A stretch of DNA of 64,000 bases, taken from contig OZ024741.1 of assembly GCA_964016885.1 (NCBI GenBank), positions 142,662,001 to 142,726,000 on the forward strand. The letters run 5' to 3'. A program made the position numbers and the translations under genes. Origin of the DNA: Eledone cirrhosa (lineage: Eukaryota). The notes beneath the pieces were generated by a model that had not been told where the DNA came from, did not search any database, and was given only the letters and a program-made list of their open reading frames with translations. Below, piece by piece: positions 27,432 to 41,200 of this stretch (the stretch's first letter is position 1; every line of letters begins with the position of its first letter).

Positions 27432-27929
27432 AACTCCGACATCACACACTTACACCTCTCCAAGACAATCTCACTGGACCGAGACCTTTGGCGGTACTCA
27501 GTAACAGAGAAGACCCACCTTACCTAAATATATAGTAAAACCTACTCCAGCCAGTAGGCATCTCTAACAAAATACACCCCGTCCCACCACCCCCGCCCCC
27601 ACCCCATCCACACCACCCCGTTCTATGTAAAGTTATGTTGGTGCCGCGCCATCGAGGCCGAAACAAATGAGATCGTGTAGGTGTCACGACAAAAAAACAC
27701 ACAGTCCACGCTGTAATGTGGCCGTGTAGGCAACACGGTAAAAACCTCCCAGACCCACACTGTAAATGTGGTTGGTGTTAGGAAGGGCATCCAACTGTAG
27801 AAAACCTGCCAGACAGTCCTATGCGAGCAAGACAATCACTCTTGCCTCAAGTGGGACTACCCCCGTCCAAACCCATGCAAGCGTGGAACACGGACGTTAA
27901 ACGTTGATGATGATGATGATGATGATGAT
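27432..27929 (+). mobile_element. 3' end of RTE-like LINE with (GAT)n tail
   Basis: [18 protein letters not shown] followed by the same 3' UTR as 24036-24477. Confidence 0.85.
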
Positions 27930-27930
27930 G

Positions 27931-27961
<31 letters not shown>

Positions 27962-27972
27962 GTATATATATG

Positions 27973-28049
<77 letters not shown>

Positions 28050-28074
28050 GTATATATATATATGTATATATATG

Positions 28075-28121
<47 letters not shown>

Positions 28122-28122
28122 G

Positions 28123-28153
<31 letters not shown>

Positions 28154-28164
28154 GTATATATATG

Positions 28165-28211
<47 letters not shown>

Positions 28212-28240
28212 GTATATATATATATATATGTATATATATG

Positions 28241-28276
<36 letters not shown>

Positions 28277-28316
28277 TATGTATATGTATATATATATGTA
28301 TATATATATATGTATG

Positions 28317-28349
<33 letters not shown>

Positions 28350-28350
28350 G

Positions 28351-28381
<31 letters not shown>

Positions 28382-28388
28382 GTATATA

Positions 28389-28420
<32 letters not shown>
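27930..28420. repeat. G-interrupted (TA)n array
   Basis: Directly visible. Confidence 0.97.
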
Positions 28421-30310
28421 CTTCTAGTGCTCTGCACCTTTTTATGCAACTGTCATCCTTCATACGCATCACATGTCCATACCAACGCAACTGCCTCTCC
28501 TGCACACAGCATTTGATTCCTCTTATGCTCAGTCTCTCTCTCAATTCATTTATGCTTTGTCGTTCGCGTATATTACTGTTACACATCCATCGGAGCATGC
28601 AGGCTTCGTTTCTCTCTAATCTACGTAAGTCTTCCACCTTCAGTGCCCAGGTCTCACTACCATGTAACATTGCTGTTCGGATACATGCATCATACAGTCT
28701 GCCTTTCATTTTGAGGGAGAAGCCTTTTGCAGCTAACAGTGGTAGTAGTTTCCTGAACTTCTTCCATCCCGTTCTTACCCTAGTTATTGTACTTTCTGAA
28801 CACCCACCTCCGCTGCTAATTTAGTCACCTAGGTAGCAGAAGCTGTCTACTGTCTCTACAGAGCCCTCCCAGAGATTGGTGGTACTTGTTTCCTGTGGCT
28901 GTTTGCTGCTTGCTGTCCCAGTACAGCTGCTGCATGTGAAGCCTACATTCTTAATAAAGCTTCCTGAGATCCCGCTACATCTCTTGTGTACCCATTGTTT
29001 GCATTTGGGGCAGAGAATGGAGTTCCTACCTACACCTTTCCTACATACTGAGCAAGGCCATTTGCCTGAGGGGATCTGGGTTCTGTTTTCTCGTCTACTT
29101 ACAAGGACCTTAGTCTTTGTCATGTTGACTTTGAGACCCTTTCTTTCTAGTCCCTGCTTCCAAGTTTGGAATTTCTTCTCTAGTTCTACCATAGATTCAG
29201 CTATAAGTGCGAGGTCATCAGCATACAGGAGTTCCCATGGGCATCCGGTCTTAGACTCCTCCGTTATTGCCTGCAGGACTATGATGAACAGGAGAGGGCT
29301 AAGAACAGAACCCTGGTGGACCCCAACCTGTACGCTAAATTCCTCGCTATACTCATTGCTAATCCTAACTTTGCTGACTGCTCCCCTATACATGGCTTGT
29401 ACAGCTTTCACAAGCCATTCATCTACTCCTAGTTTTCTAAGAGCCCACCAGATTACAACATGTGGAACTCTGTCAAAGGCTTTCTCGAGATCGACGAATG
29501 CCAGGTAGAGTGGCTTACTTTTAGCTAGGTACTTTTCCTGTAACTGCCTCACAAAGAAGAGGGCATCAGTGGTGCCTCTTCCTAGTACAAACCCAAATTG
29601 CATCTCATCTAGTTTCACCCGGTCCCTAATCAACTGTGCTATAACTCTTCCTGTTACTTTCATGACCTGGTCCATCAGCTTTATACCTCTATAGTTTCCT
29701 CTATCGAGTGCATCACCTTTACCTTTGTAGCAGTTGACAATGATGCTACTGAACCAATCTTTTGGTATGACACCTTCTAGTATTACCTGGTTAACAATAC
29801 GTGTGGTTATAGTGTGACCTACAGACCCAGATGCCTTCAGCATCTCGGCAGCTATACCCGATGGACCGGTTGCCTTCCCCATCTTCATATCTTTGATTGC
29901 CTTACTTATTACGCTGCTGCTGACTTGTACTGCTGGCCCCTCTATAGGGTCTCTTCTTCCCATGCATTCTCCTCATTTAGTAATCTATCGTAATGACTCT
30001 TCCATGCATCTTTCTTCTCAGTACTTGTGAGCGCAAGCTCACCTTTATCATTCCGGATACACTTCTCTCCAATGACATCACAATTCTCTCTGACACACTG
30101 CCTCGCAATCTTGAACACCTCCTGTTTCTGGTCCTCACGTTGCAAAACTTGCTTGAATTTTCTACCCTCTGCTTCCCTCCTAGCTAAGTATACTTGTCGC
30201 CTAGCTTCCCTCTTGGTCTCTATGTAATGTACCCTACTCCCCCCGTTCTTCCATTCTTTCCATGCCTGTCTCTTGGCCTTAACTGCCTCATCTACCTTAT
30301 TGTTCCACCA
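28421..30310 (-). mobile_element. RTE-like LINE ORF fragment, RT with a Cys-rich PHD-like insert
   Basis: NYRGIKLM, QFGFVLGRGTTDA, AFVDLEKAFDRV, GVHQGSVLSPLLF, LYADDL, then WPCSVC..CPKCKQWVHKRC..CSSC, FCYLGD, LHGSETW, LRWYGHV. Few lesions. Confidence 0.93.
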
Positions 30311-30388
30311 GTGTCGTCATTGAAATATATATCACAGCATTATTATTAAAGGACTTGAACATCTGAAACTACTTCGTTTTCCTTATTT

Positions 30389-30399
30389 TATATGTGTAT

Positions 30400-30487
<88 letters not shown>

Positions 30488-30638
30488 GTGTGTGTGTGTG
30501 TATATGTATATATATATACATGTATATATATATATATGTATATATATATATGTATATATATGTATATATATATATATATATGTGTATATATATATATATG
30601 TATATGTGTATATATATATGTGTATATATATATATATG

Positions 30639-30669
<31 letters not shown>

Positions 30670-30877
30670 GCATATATATGTATATATATATATATGCATA
30701 TATATGTATATATATATATATGCATATATATGTATATATATATATATATATATGTGTATATATATATATGTGTATATATATATATGTGTATATATATATA
30801 TGTGTATATATATATATATGTGTGTATATATATATGTGTGTATATATATATATGTATATATATATATGTGTATATAT

Positions 30878-30909
<32 letters not shown>

Positions 30910-31058
30910 GTGTGTATATATATATATGTATATGTGTGTATATATATATATATGTGTATATATATATATATATATGTGTATATATATATATATATATGTG
31001 TATATATATATATGTGTATATATATATATGTGTGTGTATATATATATGTATATATATG

Positions 31059-31107
<49 letters not shown>

Positions 31108-31264
31108 GTATATATATATGTATATATATATATGTATATATATATATGTGTGTATATATATATATATGTATATATATATATGTATATATATATATATGTA
31201 TATATATATGTATATATATGTATATATGTATATATATGTATATATGTATATATATGTATATATA

Positions 31265-31325
<61 letters not shown>

Positions 31326-31408
31326 ATATATATATGTATGTATATATATATATGTATATATATATATGTATATATATATATGTATATATATATATGTATA
31401 TATATATG

Positions 31409-31481
<73 letters not shown>

Positions 31482-31482
31482 G

Positions 31483-31517
<35 letters not shown>

Positions 31518-31518
31518 G

Positions 31519-31608
<90 letters not shown>

Positions 31609-31614
31609 TGTATA

Positions 31615-31653
<39 letters not shown>

Positions 31654-31804
31654 GCATAGATGTATATATGCATATATGTATATATGCATATATGTATATA
31701 TATATATATATATATGCATATATGTATATATGTATATATGTATATATATATATATATATATATGCATATATGCATATATGTATATATGTATATATGTATA
31801 TATG

Positions 31805-31840
<36 letters not shown>

Positions 31841-31868
31841 TATGCATATATGTATATACGTATATATG

Positions 31869-31921
<53 letters not shown>

Positions 31922-32021
31922 GTATATATGTATATATGCATATATGTATATATATATATGCATATATATGTATATATATATGTTTATATATATATAAGTA
32001 TGTATGTATATATACATACAT
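30389..32021. repeat. About 1.6-kb interrupted (TA)n array
   Basis: Directly visible; interruptions are G, TG and GC. Confidence 0.97.
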
Positions 32022-33009
32022 GCACACCTATATATGTACGTATGGATTCACCGAACATTTATTATAATGCTCGGTGTGTTTGTAAACAAACATCCCGTAT
32101 TAAGCCGTAGTGTCTAGCAACCACCGTTGCTCGTTTGTTCAACACTGACAAAGGAACACTGTACTAGTTTCAAGCTTATTAGCTATCGTCAGCAACATAT
32201 ACCTTCCTGCCAGATGATTGAACGTCCGAAAGTATATACTTTCCTTATGCATATTAACGGCTGAGTAGCCCAATTTGCATATCGAGTGGGTTAATCGGCC
32301 GGGTGTACCGAAAACGATAAACGGAAAAAATGAAACGAAATTTCATTTCCCACTCTTGGTACGGCTGTTACTTAAATATAAGTATGTATACGTACATACA
32401 TATATGTATACAGACGTACAGTAGTATGTATATATATACATACATGCACACATATATATATTTACGTATGGATTCACCGAACATTTATTATAATAAATGT
32501 TTGGTGAATCCATACTTGATTCAAATACCTCTGAAATACGTATAATAAAATTTATTTGATCACAAGAACATCTATTTTATTAATATTTGAATTTAATATT
32601 AATAACTCTGGAAAATCTCTCCTTGTAGAGTGCTTTCAATCTACTGTAAAACTCATTCTTTGATGTACTCATTGAATCTTGTTTAACTCTCTAAAATATA
32701 TATATATATATATATATAAGCATATAGACAATATGCCCCCACAGCCTCCCACTGCAAAGTGGTCGTGGAGGTGCCACGGCAAAAAATCACCCAGCCCACA
32801 CTGTAAAGTGGACGTGTAGGCACCACTGAAAAAAGCACCCAGCACTCGCTGTAAATGAGGTTGGTGTTAGGAAGGGCATCCAGCTGTAGAAACCAAGCCA
32901 AAATCAGTTCCTGTATGAGCAAGGCATGGTCAGCCGACCAGACACTGCCCACAACAGGACAACCCGTCTAACCCATGCTAGCATGGAAGAACGGACATAA
33001 AATGGTGAT

Positions 33010-33345
33010 GATGATATATTTATATGCCAAAGACAAACAAAAATAAAGAAAATGACACAGTACAATGAAGAAATATATTATTAGTTTTATGATTGATATA
33101 GTAGGAAAAGAGCCTGAACGTTTCAGACGGTAGTCCTTCATCAGAAGATAGAATGAGAAATTAAAGAAGAAATAGAAAGTTTGAGGAGACGGGCAGGGCA
33201 GAAACAGGAGAAAAAAATGTTTGTGAAAAGTAACAGGTCCATTCATGTTGCCATTTCTTGGAAAACTGTTGTTGCAGGTGTTTTGTGTATGATATACATT
33301 TTTTTTGAAAATGTGATGATGAAGCATGTCTATCTGAAAGAGAAA
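33010..33345 (-). mobile_element. Penelope-like terminal repeat with hammerhead-like motif (inverted sister copy at 52295-52630)
   Basis: Reverse complement reads CTGATGA-A-GGAC-TACC-GTCT-GAAA-CGTTC. The sister copy reads CTGGTGA-T-GGAC-TAGC-GTCC-GAAA-CGTTA and abuts a Penelope endonuclease relic. Confidence 0.65.
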
Positions 33346-35222
33346 AAAAAGTATTTTGTATATAGAGCTGTACATGTGTAGATGTGTGTGTGTGTGTGCT
33401 TGTAAGTACGAAGCTGTGAGCAAAAGTATATGTATAAAAAGGTGTGTGTACAGAGCTGTGAATATATATATATATATATACACACACAAGCTTAGTACCT
33501 ATCAAAAATAACAGGGTTTATAGGGATATTTATAGAGATATAAAATGATATTGGAGTCCTTGACTTTCCTCTTGTCAGTCTGGCCATTGCCATATTTCAT
33601 TATACCTTCATTTAAATCAATTGCAAGAAATTTCTTGAATAATTATCAAACATATATCCACTAAATTATGATGATTATTTTCTGCTTATGTATCTATCTA
33701 TCTGACTATCCATTCATCTATCTACCAACCTATCTATCTATCTGACTATCCATTCCTCTATCTATCTATCGTTGGACTTCTATTGGAATTTGGTTTTGGT
33801 TGTTGTTCTTGTTTGAAGATAGATGTATTGGTAAATATACATAAATAGATAACTATAGATTGACAGTCAAACAGGCAGATAGACATTTAGACAAAGATAG
33901 GGATAGATTAAATAGGTAGGTAGACAGATGTATTTATTGTCTGATGATAGGGATACAAAGGTAAGTAGTTATTGATAGCATTTGTTTTACTAACAATTGA
34001 CCATCTTGTCAACACATGTGAGAGAGAGAGGGGATAGAGGGGAAGATATTAAATGACCATTTCCTAAACAAATCTAGTACAAAGAGGTTGTCACTGATAC
34101 TTGTGTTTTCATATATATATATATGAAGGATAACAGCTGTATAAAAAGGTGCAGGGCACTCAAAGTTGATGGAATCTATGGTGTAGGAAGTCTCAGAATG
34201 AGGTGATAAAAGCTGACCTTGCACAATTGCACCTCTCAAAGGATAAATGACAAAAGGTTCGAGATATTTAGCGTTATGCAGTAATACAGAAGACCTGCCT
34301 TCCCATGTGCATGGGTTGAAGCATACATCTAGACGTCCTAACACCCCTCTCTTCACCACCACATCCTACATCTTAACACTGCACCTATGTCCTAACACTT
34401 TGCCCCTCGCACACATCCATAGATCTACCTTCCCAATCCCCCACACATCTCCTCCAACCAAATACCCAGTTCACACTGCAAATTGGTTGTGTAAGTGTCA
34501 TGACAAAAGGCACCCAGCTCACACTGTAAAGTGGTGGTGTAGGTGTCACAACAAAAAGCACCCAGCCCACACTGTAAATATTGTTGGTGCTAGGAACGGC
34601 ATCCAGCCATAGAAACCAAGTCATATTTAGCTTGTTTTTTACAGCCCTTCTTAACATCAACCACAGCATGTACTAGGAACATTTTGTCGTGGCATCAGCA
34701 CTGCTGTCTTACAGTGCTTTTCATCATGGCACCAGCACTACTACTTCACAGAGTTGGCTGGATGCATTCTTACTGTGACACCATCACTGGAGAGGCATTG
34801 ATAGGAGTGGGTGGGGCTGGGGAAAGTGTCAGATCATAGAGGTGTCATGAAGAGAGTGAGTTGCATCTAGTGATATATTATGAAGCATGCCTAGCTTTCC
34901 AAGCTGGCATGGGTTGGACAAGGAACATGTTTGTGTGTGGGAGTAGGGACCACATCTTTCTTCCATATGGACATAAGTTTGACAAGGAAGGGGAAGGGCA
35001 ATGTGAGTGTGGGAGGAAGGAAACCTTTTTTAATTATATATTTCTTCTTCTTTCTGTGCTGATTTATTTTTTCACGATGCTTATATTTAAATTTCCCATT
35101 TAACCCATGCAAGCATGGAAAATAAACATTAAACAATGATGATGATGATGATGACTTATATTGACATTTATATTTTTCTTTCTCCCCAGCAAATCTAATG
35201 TGAAGCAATCATAAGAAGAAAT

Positions 35223-38200
35223 ATGAGTGATATAATTAAAATACCCAAGTTTCCTTGTGAGACTTGTAAACTGTCTTATTCAAGTCAGTCAGAGCTCCTG
35301 GAACACAATTGGTCATTGATGCATCATGTGAGGCTGGAACAGAAAGAGAAACCCACAGAACACACATGTTGTCTGTGCCAAATATCAACAAATAATTTAG
35401 TCAAGTATGGCCAACATTTGAATGAACTCACACATAAGAAAGCATTGACAAAGTTAAGAGAGAAGAAAACATCTGAAAATACCAAACCTTCCTTAATGTC
35501 TATAAGGACAAGTGCTCCGCCATTTCTTATGCCTAACAAGAGTTGGCATTTAAATGTCCCTTTTTCAAACTTTAAACCTTATATTTCTCCTTTAAATGGC
35601 CATAACCGGACATCACAGTCCTACCCAACATATCCATCAGAGATAATTCATGGGGATCGCTCACAATGTCCAAAAGGTACTCTGCTGCCTTGTAGTGAGG
35701 AACGAGTAAGTTTGTCTAGTAATGAGAACACTACTGAGGATGGCAGTGGTGACAAGCAGGAATCTAAGGTATACAAGCAGTTATATAAAACTATTTCAAA
35801 AAATCAAATTGAGTCTTTCCATGAGAAAAATGTCACAGTTAAGAAAAGGAAAAGAAGGAAAAGATTAAATATTGAAGGCTGTCCCTCAGGAAATGGGCAA
35901 AGTATGACAATAGAAGATTGGTTTTCTGATAGTGAGACTACCTCTCAAAACGAATCAGCAAAAGTTAGCAATCAGCCTTTGCCAGAGAGTAGCCCAGTAT
36001 CAAAATCTAGGAAAAAAATGATTGTTACAACCTCTTCAGGCTTCCATCAAAGACTGTTTTTAGAGGATGATTTTAAGAAAAATAACCTAGATCTTGCCAG
36101 GTTAAATTTAATTAATGCTAAAAATGACAAAGGAAACAAAGTGTTTGGAAATAAATTGGCAGTGGGGTTCTTAAAGCACAGTAATAACATTTCTCAACAT
36201 TCCTCTTTATCACATTTTCAACCAACTAAACCCATACCAAACCAACTAAACTCAAAAAGCAATTCTTTAAAAACATCCAGCTTACCTAAAAAACTGTCAA
36301 AACCTCCAGAATCATCAACTGCTGTTCAACCCTTGAATGATCCCTCCAAAACCCAACCCCAAACTTTTTTAAAAGTCTTTACTCAAAGGGTTAGCAAGCC
36401 ACTTAAATCTGTTAAGGATAGCCAAAATAAACCAAATACAATTGATAAAAACCTCACCACTCAAAAGAAAATAAATTCAAATGATAAAACTGTCAAAGTG
36501 CAGAGTGAAAATATATTACCTTCACCTAATACATCCAATAATACTGTGGAATCTACTGAAAATAATAAAAATTTACAAATTAATAATTCTTTGTCTGAAA
36601 ACCCCAAAATCAGTGACCCAAAAAGCAAGTCAATAAACAGCAAGGAATCTGATCCCAAAACTACGAAAGTACTTAAAACAAAATCCAAATCAACAAGTAG
36701 TTCTGGCTTGGCAACTTATAAATCACCTTCTCTGAGCAAAACTGCAGTTAGTGGCTTGGCAAAAAAAAGGGCACTTCATTCTGAACACATGGCACACCCA
36801 GTGAAACCCAATCCCGTGAAAAAACTAAAATCTTCCATAATTAAAGAAATTAAAGCATCTGAGAAAAACCAAAACTTGAGTTTGGATTGTGCAGGTAATT
36901 CATCAAAAAAGGTTGATGCTGCAAGTAATTCACCAATTGTTTCTAGTTCACATGAGCATTCAAACCATTTGGAAGAATTAAATAATGTAAAGCCTGACTC
37001 GACTGTTGAAAAACAACAGCTTGGTAAAAATGTTGGCAAGGAAGAACTGGTGAAAATGACCAGGCTTTCTTGCTTGAACCATAAGGAGAAGATGCATTTA
37101 AGCTCTGTAATGAAGTCATATTCAAAAACTCAAAACAAGAGGTCAGCAGTACCGAGGCTGACCATGCAACTGTCCAACATCTATAATCCTAGCAATCAAG
37201 AGGAAAACAGCAAAAACTTAAACTTACCTGAGGGCTTAGAGGATCAAATTACAATGCTGATTAAGAAAGAGAACCTGGATGAGTTTGAAAATAGAGAGAC
37301 ATTGTCTAGTTCTGATCAGTTAATAACAGAAACTGGTCAAGCAGCTTTACATATGAATCTCCAACCAGCCACAGTATCTGATGCTGTATCTATTCTCACT
37401 CAACCAAACTTAAGTTCTGAAAGTAAAAACTCCTTGGCTTCAGCAGGTAACAAAGTGAAATCTAAGAGTTCTGCAGTCAGCTCTAAAACTAGTGCTAAAT
37501 CTCTGTCTAGTAATAGAACACTTTGTTCACCACCACTAAGTAGTGCTTCTGTTTGTACCCCTATTACAACAGTAACAGCCCCAACTACTAATATTACTAC
37601 AACTACTTATACTGGTGTTGTAAGTAACTATCAGCCGCCTCCTATTGTCATTTCACCTGAAATAACTGACCAGAATGCTGAGGACACAGTGGAATCAAAC
37701 AATCAAACACCAGATGTTTTCAGCAAAGTTTACTTGCTCACTCTGCAAGAGGAAGAGGTGTGTAGTAATATCAGTAGTTTAAATCCTAAAATCTCTTACT
37801 TAGAGAAGTTAATTGAAGATTCACAGATTGCTCTACAAGCCACAAAAGATAAGCAGCAGAGCCTCATGGAAGAAGAGAAAAAGATTCGGAAAATGCGTAT
37901 AGGAATTCTCAAAGAAGCTATGGGAGACACTAATCGTAGTAATAAGGAGTTAATTAATCAGTTGTTGACTTCTAATTTAAATTCTGAGAGAGCACTTCAA
38001 AATAGCCCATCACCTCCATTATCCTCTCTCTTATCTAATGAAACACAAAATGATACAGTTTACCAGAAAATACCATCTAGTAGTACAACAGCAGCACTAG
38101 AAAAGATTAGGCCTGCTGCTGTATTAGATAATTCTAGTATCCAAACTAGAACGCAACAAAAACAGCCTACACTAGCTGCTCTGTTAGCAAAAGGGATCCA

Positions 38201-41200
38201 ACCTGAACCAAGCAACCCTCAACAGCTGATGAACTGCATAACGCAAGGGACCCAACCTCAACAATTAGCATCTTTCACTCAACAGAAACCCCAGCAATCA
38301 AGCTCTGTTATTCAAAACATACATCAGCCGAGTTCTGTGACAAAACTGAAACTTCATCAGCCACATTCTGTTGCACAAGAGGAGCATCACAAGCCAGACA
38401 CTTTTTTACAAAATAAAAATTTAGAACTTTTGTTACCAAAAGATACAATAAAAAATTTGAAAATTCCAAAAGCATTAATATCTTCTGTGTTTGAAAATCA
38501 AAAACCACTATCAAATATACAACACCTACAAGTTGGCATATTTTCCCAACAAGAAGGAGCCAACACACTGCATTCACCAAATGTTCCAAAAAGAATTTCT
38601 TCTGGAAAAGAGGATCCAAAGTGTAGTGTTTTCCAATTCAACCAGGAGACCCCATTGACATCAACAAAAGAAACAGGTAATATTTCAAAGTCTTTAAAGT
38701 CTCTACCTTTTTCTCTACTATCCCAAGAAAACAGCGAATTCACAGCACCATCTTCTGTAGCATCATCATTGTTGTCATCAATGGAAAATTCTAATAGTAT
38801 TTTTACTAATTCTAACAATAATAATATTTCAGTGTCAAACCCTTCTGATCTACCAACTGCGAACGGAGGCTCAACTAAAGATATGTCAGCAACCAGCCAG
38901 AGTTTAATTTCCATCGAGAAGAAAGATTGCAGCAGTTGTGAGTCAGAAATAAATAATGCCTCTGTTGAACAAACAACAATTCCATTCACTGGCTCTTTTA
39001 GTAATGTTCAAATCAAAACGGAGCCACTCTCTCCAGAAGCTGTTGTTTCTGATTCAATTTTCAATTTCCAAAGCATTAAAGAAGAACCAAAATCACCAAC
39101 GACACAGTTAGGTAATATACCAGATTCAACATCTAACATCCCCTACACTGACAAACCCTCAAATAACATCAATGAGGGACAATCACAACTTTTTTTACAA
39201 AAGAATTTTTTAAAAGTTACTTCTAGCCATAGCATTCCAACATCTTCTGAAAGTGGATGTGTTAATCCCAGCCATCCCAACAACATTGAAAATAATGGAT
39301 TGCTTTCTGAGCCGAACTTACAAACTACTAACTCAGATAAGTCAAGTAATTTGTCAATAAATTTACCAGTTGCTGAATCTCAGCAGATGTGTATTAAAGA
39401 AGAACGCTTATCACCAGTTACAGAAACTTCCATCACTCACTGCATTCCACAGAGCGGCTCTTTACTATCATTACAATCTAGCATAGCAGATTCGAACCAT
39501 TCAGTGAAGCCAACTTCACTTCCAACCAACAATGACAACAAAAAGAAACCAAATGATGAAGAATTAGAATTCTTTTCATCGCTCTCTGTGAAAAGCTTTT
39601 TGGACTCATCCCATATCGAAAGTTTACCTGAAAATTTGGAGCCTCAGAACTGTTCAGGACAAGTATCAATGAAATATTTAGGGAGCATGTCTAATAATCT
39701 AGTAGAACAGTTGAAGGAGTGTTGGAAGAAGCAGAATGTCACCATGAATAAATGTTTCCCACAGGGACAAACTGATAATGCAGGAGCTAATATCCCCAAT
39801 GATTTGACTGCTTTGACTTGTGAAACTTCTCTTATGAGAAGTGAGAAGCCCTCACCCCTGCTACACCCTACCCCACCTTACACTATGAATATCGAGAAAT
39901 CAAACAAATTTGTTCTACCTGCAAATCTAAATCCTGTAGTTTCCATTGAACCTCTCAATTTATCTTCAAAGTATAATTCACCAGGATCTAAATCTGTAGA
40001 AACTGTAGATGTGAAAACTGCCAAGAACATCAGCAAACCCACAAAAGCCATTTGCAACAGTGAAATGTCATTAAAAAGTTTCACAACAGTGAATTCTTTG
40101 GATGAACTAATTATTATTGATGGGGATAGCAGTTCTGAAGATATTGATACTGTTAATACTAAAAATAAATTGCTGACTTCTACAAACCCACAAGAAATCT
40201 ACATCAATAGCAACTCTAAAAGTTTCAGCACAGAATTTTCAACTGACAGTCATAAAAAGGATTTTGATTTCTTGGCCAACACAAATGCTGTCTATAAAGG
40301 CCCCAACTGCCCTGTTACAAGCTGTGTTGTATTTAGGGGTTATCTTTATGCTTCATATCAGGGACATTCACCCCAAAAATTTGACCTAAAGACCAGAATT
40401 TGTGTAAAACAGTATGATTGTCAACCGTTCTCTGTCCAGTGTATGTTAGTGACTGGATCCTCTAATGATAATCCTCTTGTCTTCTCAGGTGGGGCCAGTG
40501 AAACAGTCCTCATATTTAACGAAATCACTGGACAGCTATTAACAAAAATTGACCTCCTGAGAAAAATTTATACTTTTCATGAAAAATGGAATTGTGTTTT
40601 TGTTGGCCTTGCTGAGGGCGGTGTGACTAAGATAAATTTAAAGACGTTAAAGGAGACCAGTAATATATCTTATGGTACTAAACCGATTCATTGTCTAGCT
40701 ACATGTACTGAAGGTGCTCTAAGGATTCTGTGTGTCGGTGCCTATGACGCTTCAATTCTGATAGTTGATGCCTCATCAGGCCTTCCGCTGAAGACATTGC
40801 TACCCTGTCAAAGACTTCTTTATTCAATCAAAGTGTCTCAAAATTTGATATACAGCTGCTCAGAGGATAGGAAATTAGCTGTCTATGACATTGAATCAGA
40901 AAAGCTTTTAAAATGTGTTCAATGGCATTCAGGCACAGTGTCATGCCTTTATGTTGACAATAAAATACTTGTTACAGGTAGTCATGATAAGCTAATTAAT
41001 GTGTATTGGGGATCAGTCACAGAACTTGACAAAATACAACCGTTGTCCTTCTATGGGGCAGACAAACAAAGTATCTCATGTTTGACAGTGTCTGATAGGA
41101 AAATATACAGTGGGAACTTTTATGGCACCATTGAGGCTGTGAATCTACCCAATGAAATTTCGACAAAAAAATGGCTTTGTAGATATAACAAATGCACACT

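Noticed and set aside
35324-41199. Antisense ORFs within the ZNF106-like CDS
   Set aside because: Short shadow ORFs with no recognisable motifs.
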